In this document: positions 16,160 to 27,154 of the stretch, in pieces
Numbering within the stretch: the first letter of the stretch is position 1
How the letters are laid out: each line of letters starts with the position of its first letter
Origin: Eledone cirrhosa
Taxonomy: Eukaryota
Assembly (NCBI GenBank): GCA_964016885.1
Contig: OZ024748.1
Location: 29,822,001-29,886,000, forward strand
Direction: 5' to 3'
Length of the DNA: 64,000 nucleotides
Position numbers and translations under genes: made by a program
Notes under the pieces: model-generated
The model's input: the letters and a program-made list of their open reading frames with translations, nothing else
Told to the model about the DNA's origin: nothing
Database searches by the model: none

Positions 16160-16190
<31 letters not shown>

Positions 16191-16236
16191 TATATATATA
16201 TATAGGCAGAGGGACACACACACACATTCACACACA

Positions 16237-16268
<32 letters not shown>

Positions 16269-16424
16269 TATATATAGGCAGAGGGACACACACACACACA
16301 CACACTCACACACGTACACAGACACACACACACACACATACACACACACACACACATACACACACACACACATATATATAGGCAGAGAGATACACACACA
16401 CACTCACACACAGACACACACACT

Positions 16425-16462
<38 letters not shown>

Positions 16463-16526
16463 CATATATAAATATGCATGTGTGTAGTAGTGTTTCATCC
16501 AATGGTGGAACACATACATACACATG

Positions 16527-16561
<35 letters not shown>

Positions 16562-16583
16562 ATATATATATATATACATATAT
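15980..16583. repeat. Compound (CA)n/(CG)n/(TA)n microsatellite with recurring AGGCAGAGGGA
   Basis: Seen directly in the sequence. Confidence 0.9.
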
Positions 16584-17198
16584 GATGGCTGCCCCCTCGT
16601 TATCGAGTAGGACCATAGCACGATATACCATTATTAATAATTATTAATTAATTCTATCGTGCAATGCCTGTGCGTGAAGATATTTTTTAAAGTGAGGAAA
16701 GACTGTGCACTGAACCAATCCCACTCTCTGAGCGACAGTAGCTATAACCCGAAAAGAAGAAAAGATCAACATCATCGGTAACCACTGAGCCGCAGGTTTT
16801 ATATCGGAGTTATCCCAGTTTCTTGAGTTGCCTTCTAGAAGAATGCCCCGACAAAGGCTAGGGGTCCTTCACTCACAGTGGTTTAACAGCGCGATCGGGT
16901 GTCCAGCCCGACTATTTCTATGTCCCCGCGCATATACATACACATGCACCCATGTATATACACATATACACACATATGTACATGTGTATATACATATTTA
17001 CAGACTTTTGGATGGCCGTTGACTCTTATGAGTTCTTCCGCCCTTTATGAGGTTTTGTTATTTGTCTGCAGAGTGTCCAAAAGCACCCTCCTCACCAACT
17101 AAACTTGGTGGGGTTGCCGGTTTAGTCGCCGACGACCCGACCTTGCGACAGGTTGTACTGGGTTAGATGTTACCAGTAGCACTCAAGAGTGACCCGAC
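16584..17198 (-). mobile_element. Short non-autonomous RTE derivative (5' leader plus 3' stem-loop)
   Basis: Shares its leader and 3' hairpin with 17748-18354, 39950-40292, 41710-41994, 42047-42408 and 44427-44952. Confidence 0.7.
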
Positions 17199-17540
17199 AT
17201 AATATACTTATATATATATAAGTATAAATACATACATATATGTGTCTGATGGTAGCTAAGATGCTTCCATAGGCGGTATGCCGGTTGAGCACTCTATGCT
17301 CTTACAGAGCAGAGTATGATAGAATAGAAAACGAAAAATCAGTGATGCAGCTGAACTCAATTTATTGTGTGTTACAATTGTTTCGCCGGCGGACAGCTCG
17401 AGACGCGATCATTGGAAACAATTGTAACACACAATAAATTGAGTTCAGATGCATCACTGATTTTTCGTTTTCTATTCAATATATATATTCTCTTTTACTC
17501 TTTTACCTGTTCCAGCCATCCGCCTGTGGCTATGCTGGGG

Positions 17541-17618
<78 letters not shown>

Positions 17619-17747
17619 GTTCGTGTGTGTGTGAATGTTTGTGTATGAGTGTGTGAGTGAGTATGTGTGTGTGTATGTGTGTTTATATATGGGTATGACC
17701 GTAAGTGTATGATTCTATATATGTATGTATGTGTGTATGTATGTATG

Positions 17748-18354
17748 GTCAGGTCACCAGTTGGTGCTACTGGTAACATGTATCCCAGTACAACCTGTCC
17801 CATGGTCGAGTCGTTGGCGACTAAACTGGCAACCCCGCCAAGGTTTCTTGGTGAGGAGGGTGACTTTGGACATCCTGCAGGATGTCCAAAGCCACCCTCC
17901 TTTTGGACTAAAAACAAAACCTGTCAAAGGGCAAAGGAGCTCTTAAGAGTCAATGGCCATCCAAAATCACCGGGAGAGATGACCCCTTAGCCTTTGTCAA
18001 GGCAGAATTCTAGGAGAAGGAAAACTCTGATATAACACCTGCAACCCTGATGGTATCCAATGATGTTGACTTGTTCTTCTTTTTGGTAAATATCTTGGTT
18101 AAGAGAGTGGGACTGGCTTTGTGCAGTGCCTTTGCTCACTATAAAAGCTTCACGGCACAGGCATTGCTTTATATCTGGAGATCTCTCTGCACTTGTCGTC
18201 ACATGATACCATGGGCCCAGCACTGTGTCAATAATTGTCACAAGTGTAGTGTTTGTACCAGAGTTTTCAAGTCGCTGGCTGGACTAAAAAGTCACACTCG
18301 TTCAGCGCATCGGTATAAGTAGTGGCCGTACTCGAAAACGAGTTGGTAGCCACC
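17748..18354 (+). mobile_element. Short non-autonomous RTE derivative flanked by (TATG)n
   Basis: RTE-like leader (GGAGAAGGAAAACTCTGATATAA), zinc-finger remnant [22 protein letters not shown], and 3' hairpin GTGGC..CTCG-AAAA-CGAG..GCCAC. Confidence 0.75.
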
Positions 18355-18387
<33 letters not shown>

Positions 18388-18594
18388 TGTATGTATGTAT
18401 GTATGTATGTATGTATGTATGTATGTATGTATGTATGTATGTGTACATGTATGTGGGAATATGTGAGTGTGCATGTTTACGTGTGTGAATGTACGTATGT
18501 GTGAATGGGCGTGTTTGTATGTATGTGTAATTGAAATGCAAGCAAAAATCTAATGATAAACAGTGTCGTAGCTTGTGTATATTAGAGATAAGAC

Positions 18595-18870
18595 TGGTGG
18601 TGGTAGTGGTGGTGGTGGTGGTGGTGGTGGTGGTGGTGGTGGTGGTGGTGGTGGTGGTGGTGATAGTGGTGGGGGTAGCCGTGGTGGTAGTGGTGGTGGT
18701 GGTGGTGGTGGTAGTGGTGGTGGTAGTAGTGGTGGTAGTGGTGGTGGTAGTGGTGGTGATAGTAGTGATAGTAATGGTGCTGGTGATATTAGTGATAGTA
18801 GTGGTGATGATGGTGGTGGTGATAGTTGTGGTGGTGATAGTAGTGGTGGTAGTAGTGGTGGTAGTGGTTG
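18595..18870. repeat. (GGT)n/(AGT)n trinucleotide repeat
   Basis: Seen directly in the sequence. Confidence 0.9.
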
Positions 18871-18923
18871 TTGGTTACATAAGACGATCAGGTTGCCGCA
18901 TCTCTACCCCTTTATACACCTTA

Positions 18924-19348
18924 TCACTCTCTGATGGTAAGATGGTATTACACAACATATTGGAGAGTCACTCTCTGATGCTAAGATAGTATTACACAAC
19001 ATATTGGCGAGTCACTCTCTGTTGGTAAGATGGTATTACACAACATATTGGAGTCACCCTCTGTTGGTAAGATAGTATTACACAACATATTGGAGAGTCA
19101 CTCTGTGTTGGTAAGATAGTATTACACATCATATTGGAGAGTCACTCTCTGTTGGTAAGATGGTATTACACAACATATTGGAGAGTCACCTCTATTGGTA
19201 AGATGGTATTATACAACATATTGGAGAGTCACCCTCTGTTGGTAAGATGGTATTACACAACATATTGGAGAGTCACCCTCTGTTGGTAAGATGGTATTAC
19301 ACAACATATTGGAGAGTAACTCTCTGTTAGAGAGTTACTCTGTTAGAG
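18924..19348. repeat. 44-bp minisatellite, about 9 copies
   Basis: Unit TCACTCTCTGTTGGTAAGATGGTATTACACAACATATTGGAGAG in head-to-tail array without spacers. Confidence 0.9.
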
Positions 19349-19349
19349 A

Positions 19350-21076
19350 TAGAATATTACAGGGGTATATTTCAAGGAGACAGTCTCTCTATGATACTTA
19401 TCCTGTTATTAAACCCCTTGTCTTTTCTGCTCAAGAAATGTGAAGGATACATCATTAGCTCACAGAAGGACAGAAATACGAACTTAACCCACAATTTCTT
19501 TGTGGATGATCTGAAACTCTATGCCAAGAACATAGATGGGATGAAGAAAAATCTTGACCTGGTTAGAACATTCTGAAAGGATATAGGAATGGAGTTTGGC
19601 CAAAATAAATGTACGTATATGATTGTAAAGCGGGGAAAAACTACAACCCAATCTAGCAACATTTTTGTCAATGGCCTAACTGTTTCACCGACATCTGAGG
19701 AGGACTGCTACAGATACCTGGGGATAGATGAGAACATATCCTATCATGGTATTTGTAATAAGGAACGCGTAACCAGGGAATATACCCGATTAAGAAAAAT
19801 ATTGTGATCAGAACTCTCTGCGCACAATAAAACAGTGGCTCACAATGTGTTTGCTGTGCCTGCCATAACACCAACGTTTGGAATACTCGATTGGACGATA
19901 GACGAAATCTGAGCAATTGATGTGAGGACTCGAAAAATACTAAACAACACCGGAAACTTAATTTAAACGTAAGCAGGGGGGGGGGGGGCAAAGGTCTAAT
20001 ATCAATCAAGAAAACATTTGAATGTCGCATCATATTCCTCCAACAACATTTACGAACCTCCAAACAGAGAAGCCAATCTACTGAGAAAGTCTGTCTGTAT
20101 GAGACAGATAAGATCATGAGAGTTGAAAGATACTCCCTGCGTGATAAGCAAAAGCTCACACCAAGGGAAATTACGCTGCAATACCGCAGCAAATCCATGG
20201 ATGAAAAACTGCATGCTTATCAGCAAAAAAAAATCATGCATCGATATTTTTCCAGGAAGCTCCAAAGTGAGAGTAATATATAGAAACAAAGTAGTCTATC
20301 TTGGACCAACGGCCACTATGTTGGCTCTAACTTTGAAGGATATGCTTTTGCAATCCAAGAACAGGAAATCAACAGAAAATACCTGATTCACAAAAGAGAT
20401 AGGGATTCAGACAAAACACCTAGATGTGACAACAAATGCAGACTCTACAGAATTAACACCGAAGAAGTCACCCATGTCATAAGCAGCTGTCCAAAGATGT
20501 CATCACGATACTACTTTCCTATGAGGCAGGATGTAGTGGCCAAAACACTGTACAATGCAAACCGTAAGCATATTAAAAGTTACAGCAATGTGGAAGAGAT
20601 ATACATACATAATATGAAAGAGTACTGGTGGAATGTTCCAGACAAAACCCCAATAAAATGCAAGCATAACAGACCAGATAAAGTGATATGGTACAGGAAT
20701 GGAAGTCAGATGCCCAGCAGATGCCAACATAATATCAAAGATTAGCGACAAGGAGAATATCTATGTAGGACTAATGAGAAATCTGCAGCTACTCCACCCT
20801 GAATATGCCTTTAGATTTATACCTGTGATTATTGGGGTACTGGGATATGTTACAACCTTGAGAAGCTGGGCTTCACAGAACTAGAAAGAACACAACTAGT
20901 TAGGAAGTCACAAGAAGATTCCTTTAATGGAACTGTAAAAATATGTAAAACATTCAAAAGCTCCTGCATATAATAACTGCATATACACATGTACAGATAC
21001 AAAACATATACACGTGTGCACATATAACTCAATTCATACAGATCCACACATACACTAACATTCGTATCTGCACACA

Positions 21077-21141
<65 letters not shown>

Positions 21142-21283
21142 GCGCGCGCGCGCACACATGCCGACGTACAGACATATCTACCTAGTTGATGTCTAAATTC
21201 CAATGAAAGAGTCTTGTGTCTATGTTAGAAACCGACTCTCTCTCTATTGGTAAACATTTATAAAATAATGAAACCAGAAGAAC
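19350..21283 (+). mobile_element. Degenerate RLE-type LINE (family 2), ending at (CATA)n
   Basis: GIFQGDSLS, HNFFVDDLKLY, YRYLG, HVISSCP, HNRPD, FIPVIIG; 3'UTR shared with 40293-41666. Confidence 0.8.
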
Positions 21284-21460
21284 CTACATACACGCACATA
21301 CATACATACGTAATGCTTACATACATACAAACATACATACATACGTGTGTGCATACATACATACATAAATACATACATTGATACGTACATACAAACAGAG
21401 CACCATTGTCATTGTAAGACGGGTCCCGCAGAAAAAAAGAACGACCTCCCCACCCCAAGT

Positions 21461-21504
<44 letters not shown>

Positions 21505-21653
21505 AAATAAGGTAGAGCATCAGAGATGTCTATAAACTAAGTGAAATAACTTTCAACACACACACACACACACACACATACACACATATATATATAAATG
21601 AAAAGTATAGAAATTATTGTAGCAAGAAGCCAACAGTATTCCATAATATATAA

Positions 21654-22115
21654 GTGACTATAGCGTCCAGTCTTTTCATCCTGCTCTCACCTTCACCACC
21701 TCCGTCTCCGATTCTTCTGTCTAATTTCTCGACATATCTCCCCCCCCCCTCCTTCTCTCTCAATCACACTCACCACACCCTCTTCACTTCCATCTTCTAC
21801 AAACTCACAGAACCCCACTCCTACCTCGACTTCACCTCCGCCCACCTCACACATATCAAACACTCTGTACCTTATTCCCAATTCCTCCGTCTTCGTCGGC
21901 TCTGCAGGCAGGACCATGATTTAGAGATCCACTCTACTCATGGCTTCTCGCTTCATCCAGCGTGGATATCCTCCTACCGTTATTCAAGCTGCTTTTACCC
22001 GCGCCTGTGATACTGACCGCACCACAGCCCTCTCACCCGCCAACCGCCCCCAATACCCACATTCCTTTCCCCCTCACCTGCCACCCGTCTTTCTCACCAC
22101 TACGCCACCGCATCA
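21654..22115 (+). mobile_element. PLE RT-thumb fragment
   Basis: FYKLTEPHSYLDFTSAHLTHIKHSVPYSQFLRLRRLC; same type as 32985-35581. Confidence 0.75.
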
Positions 22116-24575
22116 TTCAATCTTGGAAATCACTAAGATAAAACAAGAAGACTGGATAGGGTTCGAGGATCAAGCTCCTAATCCAAATGGACAGAAACAA
22201 CAGAGGCCATCCCCGATGTTATCGACCTCGACGAAAATACCCATCTACGCGTGGCCGTGGAAGGTAGAAAAGCAATATGTCTCGTTTGTGGGAACAAATC
22301 CCACCTCAATGCCTTCTTCTCAAACAAAATCAAGGTGGGAACAAGACCCCATGTCATCAGGTCCCATGTTGGGAACATTCAACCATCTGCAGCAACTGTT
22401 GCTGCAAAAGTCTCGGCATCAACATCAGCACTGGCACCAGCACCAACATTTTCAAAAACAAAATCACCACCTCCACCACCAACAAGAACACCAACGCCAG
22501 TGGAAAACTTACTCCTCCCTGATATTACACAGTTTAACACTGAGTATGATGATGCTGAAGGGTGGCAAACCGTTGACTTGAGGAAAGCCAAAAGAAAAAA
22601 CAAAGAAAAGATCAAGCACTCAGCACCACCAGCCCCACTACCAACACAACCACCACCACCACCACCACCCACACTACCACCATAACAAACACCCACGCAA
22701 CCAATCACATGACCACCTACATCAACACCACAGGAAACACCGAAGACATCAGCAACACCGCATACGCAATACGCAGCAATAGATACAAACAACCAAAACC
22801 TTTTAGATGACACAACACTGACATTACACAAACATATTATGTACGGCCACAAAAAATTGCACCCCCACCACACAAACATTTTACAAATCACACAAAAGGC
22901 ATACACTTATAAAAACCAAGATCCTCGAGGCTGTTGGAGACTATAGAAGAACCTTTTCAAAGAGAATATATTCTGATGTTCTCGTGGAGAAACCCACACC
23001 GAGCCGGAGGCATGATTCACACACCCTACACCTAAAAAACAAAAGGTAAGTCTTTCTCCCTCACTTGCTTCCTCACACTTTATCGAACATGGCTTCTATC
23101 AGAATAGGCAGCATAAATGCACGCGGCCTGTGGTCGTCTTAGATAGGCTTCATAGACAGGGACCCAGCTACTGGAAGCTAAACGTGTCGTTCACGGTGCG
23201 CAAAGCCTACAGAGATTGGATTGGCGAATTAATTAAGCGGGCGTTGACGGTGGCAATCGACAACAACAAATGGTGGTTCGCCCTGCAAAGGACGATTAGA
23301 ATGGTGTCCATTAGGTTTAGTAATGCATTAGCAATAAGGAAAAATAGATCAGAGGGAGAACTAGTCAGAAAATTAGACTAGATGCTTAGTAAAAGCATCG
23401 TGACTGACGTGCTTGCGCCAAGATAGGCAGTCGACCAATTCTTCAACGCAAAGCACGAAGGCAGTGTTGTCAGAGCTAGGGCATGTGCTCTCAGACACAA
23501 GGGTACGAAAGCCGTTCGATGGACCCGAGTAGCGGAGGCGCGTCGTGGCAACAAAGCCACGATCTGGTCTCTGGAGGACCACGACGGGCGCACGTTACTG
23601 GATCCCTGGCAAATGTCTTCAGGCGCTTACAGCCCACGACCAATCAAGCAATGCGATCGGTGGAAACGCCACCTTGACTTTCTATAGAGGATTAGTGGAG
23701 GGAAAGAGCGACAGCGTCCTTGGGGACTCTGGGCGTCGACGAAAATCAACTAGCCAATCTCTTTGAGAGAATTTTCGGGCCGGGGCTCATGGACAACTTC
23801 CACAAAATCCCTGGCATGGCAGTGTTACCGAGGAGCTTTGCCAGTTCTGGATAAACTCTACAGGCATGGAAGTGCCGTTAGCCGGGCCTGTCCGAGATGC
23901 GCGCAGGGTGACGAAACCGTCCTGCACGCACTCGTCCAGTGTCCGAGCATTGCTGACTTGTGGGTTTATGTCGAACATCTGCTGTCGCGTGTAGGATGGA
24001 TCCAGCTATCAGGTGAGTCCATTGTGAGGATTACCCCGTCGTCTTCTTTAGCCAGGAAGGACAGGCAGTTTTTATCTGTCTGGTGGCCATGGTAAAAGAG
24101 ATCGTATGGTGGACACGTCTGAAAGGGTTGAAAACGGGTACTTTCCTCTTCGCTGACGCCCTCATTAACCTTTTCAGGTTTCACCTAAAAAGGAAAATCG
24201 GGGCGGAAAGGGAAGTGCTGCCTTCTAGCCAGTTTGTTGAAAGGTGGACGAGAGGCAAGAATGGCCCGTGTGAATGGGCCTACTCTGAGCGTGTGCCTGT
24301 AACATCGTAGGAGGAAAACTGGAAGAGGGCACTTGCCTTAGCGCTCAGAGTAACCGTGGCTTTTTGTGTGGGCTTTCTCCACGAGCCACACTCGGAAGTC
24401 TCCCCCCTGTTGGGAATTTTTTCGTTGTTTCTTTTTTTTGTCACATACTCTGTTTTTGTTTTTTACACGTAGAAATGCCCATTCGTACCGTCCTGTATTG
24501 CTCTGTGTTTCCTTAATGTTATACTTTGTGTCAACCTATGTGGTTAATAAAGAAAGCATTATTATAATTATTATT
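22116..24575 (+). mobile_element. Internally deleted Tx1-like copy (ORF1 3' part, ORF2 start, linker, 3' end)
   Basis: AVEGRKAICLVCGNKSHLNAF, MASIRIGSINARGL, GPSYWKLN, CPRCAQGDETVLHALVQCP; 3'UTR ends in a short (ATT)n. Confidence 0.85.
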
Positions 24576-25419
24576 ATTGAAGGTGAAACCACGCTTCTTA
24601 TCGGCTCCAGTTTTTTTCAACAGTATACCTCGATTTCAACCCTTCTTAACCCTTTATTCTAGTTTTAAACTTGATAAAAGTTTAGAAGTGACCCACCTAA
24701 TACGGCACCATTTTATGTCGTATTATGTAAATATTATTTGAAAAAAAAAAATTATTTCAACATGGATAACACAAGAAAGAGAGAGAGCGCTGTCAAACAA
24801 TACAGAGAGAGGGGGACTTTGACAACATGTCAGCAAGACAGCGTTCTAGCGAAGGTAAATATAAATATTACGAAGGAAAAGAGGAACAATATCATTTTTA
24901 ATGATATTGTTACAGATTTAAAATTGCCAAATATTACTAACACAAACAACACCAACAATAACACCAATAACAACAGCAACAACAAAAATAACAGCGATAA
25001 GCTCGAGAAAGACAATAACAATGACAATAACAACAACCACAAGACTCTTGAAAGAGAGAAAGCAAGAGAGGGAGAGAGATGGAGAGAGTAGGGAGTCAGA
25101 AAGAGAGAGAGAGGGAGATCCTTTTACACTTTTATTTGTTTCCGACATTGGAATGGAACCATGCTGGGAGGCCATATTTAGCCGAACATTTCATCGTTAG
25201 TCCAGTCTTTATTTCATCGATTTGTATTTGTAGAACTAGATAAAGAGTCACAAAGGTCAACGACACTGTATGTTTATATATATATATATATGTTTATATA
25301 TATATATATATATACACACACATATATATATAAGGTGAAACATTTATATATGTATATATATATATATGTACATATATATGTATATGTATATATATATGTA
25401 TATATATATATATATATAT

Positions 25420-25593
25420 AGGAACCAGTAAGACCCCGACGGCTGAGCTCAAGCCGTTTCGACGGCTAATTCTCGAAACGGCTTGAGCTCAGCCGTCGGG
25501 GTCTTACTGGTTCCTATTACCCACTCTACTACCCCAAGTATTGAGTACTTTGGTGCGTTATGGTCCACCTGGTTCCTTACCACATTTCCTTCG

Positions 25594-25595
<2 letters not shown>
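25420..25595 (-). repeat. Foldback repeat family copy with a perfect 42-bp-arm hairpin, between (TA)n tracts
   Basis: 25421-25462 is the exact reverse complement of 25473-25514. Confidence 0.85.
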
Positions 25596-25640
<45 letters not shown>

Positions 25641-25645
<5 letters not shown>

Positions 25646-25850
25646 ATAATAATAAATTTGAAGACTAAAATCCAAAGAGGGCTCGATAAGGATAAATATA
25701 TATCAAATATATAAGGCGGCGATTCTTTGCTTAGACTTTGATCTGTTATTTTAATAAATATTTGCTCTACGGTTCTTATATATTTGATATATATTTATCC
25801 TTATCGAGCCCTCTTTGGATTTTAGTCTTCAAATTTATTATTATTACTAT
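25641..25850. repeat. About 75-bp perfect inverted repeat enclosing a pLTR end fragment
   Basis: 25641-25715 is the reverse complement of 25776-25850. Confidence 0.85.
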
Positions 25851-25859
25851 ATATATATA

Positions 25860-26983
25860 TTTATTAAAATAACAGATTAGAGTTTGGGCGGGGAATCGCT
25901 GCTTTCACCCTTAGCGGGATCTTCTGGAGCTGACGGCGTCAATCTGTAGACGCAGAGGTGGATGTTTCAGGGAGCGTTGCAGCCGGAGGGGGACGGGAAG
26001 GCGATGCTTTGGTTCGTGGAGGCGTTCCCTGGCGGGGAGCGGGAGGGAACGAATATAATACGTCATTAATTACCTGTATGTTTTGTGAAGGTACGTATAC
26101 TTTCTCGTACGTATATTTGATTGTATATGTTATGGCGTATATTTTTATATATTCTGGTACATATGCTTTTGGTTATGTGTATACGGGAGTTTTGCGTCTG
26201 TGTGAGTATGCGGGTTCGTACGTATGTTGGATGTGTGTATATGTGTACTTCATGTTTTGGTTGACTTACGTCTCCGAACATTGGTGTATTTACATGTAGG
26301 TATGTGTGTGTGCTTGTTATATACGTATTTATTTTTTTATATACGTTTATTTAATTACTTATTTATTTGTATACACGCACACACACACACATACACATAT
26401 GTATATGTGCGTGGTTTTGTATACCTATGCCGAGTGTTTTCGCGTATGCTTGTGTATGTACGTATTTGGATGCGTGTATGTATTTATTTAATTTCAATTA
26501 CCTCTCTATTGTATTTTATTTACTTTATTCTTAACTCTGAAGCGGAGAATCATTCGGTTTCCTAGTTAGAATTTTAGTCTACGACTTCAGTTTACCATTT
26601 ACGTGGTTTTGTCTTTGCGTGCTATTGTTCTCCACGATCCACATATGACGTATTATCTTCGTTATTTCCGTTCATTGCCAGAGAACGTCTCTATGAACCA
26701 CCTAAGAGAACATTAGTCTACGACTTCTTTTATACCATAAACGTGGTTCTGTCTTTGTGTGTAATTGTTTTTCACCGCTCCGATTAATGACGTATTATTT
26801 CCCGTTCTTTGCCAGGGAGCTTTTCCATGAACCAAAGTATCGTCTTCCTGTCTTTCTCCGGTTGCAACGTTTTTTGAAATATCCACTTCTGCGTTTACAG
26901 ATTGATTTTGTTAGTTTCAGAAGATCCCGTTAAGGGTGAAAGCAGCGATTCTTTGCTTAAACTTTAATCTGTTATTTTAATAA

Positions 26984-26985
<2 letters not shown>
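25860..26985 (+). mobile_element. Non-coding PLE copy: inverted, A-to-G hypermutated pLTR (25860-26070) joined to the 3'UTR/pLTR (26068-26985)
   Basis: 26068-26985 aligns to 30150-31205; 25860-26070 aligns to 31323-31531. Confidence 0.85.
26898..26971 (+). ncRNA. Type I hammerhead ribozyme-like motif with a variant core
   Basis: AGUUU-CAGAAGA-U-CCC GUUAA GGG-U-GAAA-GCA(9 nt)UGCU-U-AAACU, with distal CAGAUU/AAUCUG pairing. Confidence 0.65.
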
Positions 26986-27014
<29 letters not shown>

Positions 27015-27071
27015 TATATATAAGGTGAAACATTTGTTCTCGGTATGGTAAACTAACTGTTGTGGAACTAC

Positions 27072-27141
<70 letters not shown>

Positions 27142-27154
27142 GTATATATATATG

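Noticed and set aside
15826-16647. ORFs rich in HT/YI/CV, also at 18.5, 27, 32.4, 38.7, 39.4, 55.5 and 57.7 kb
   Set aside because: These are translations of stop-free microsatellites.
17748-17900. HDV-like or twister ribozyme assignment for the RTE leader
   Set aside because: The required pseudoknots and conserved nucleotides could not be placed by eye; kept only as an unassigned structure.
18924-19348. Regular 44-bp repeats resembling a CRISPR array
   Set aside because: No unique spacers, no cas genes, and a eukaryotic context; it is a minisatellite.
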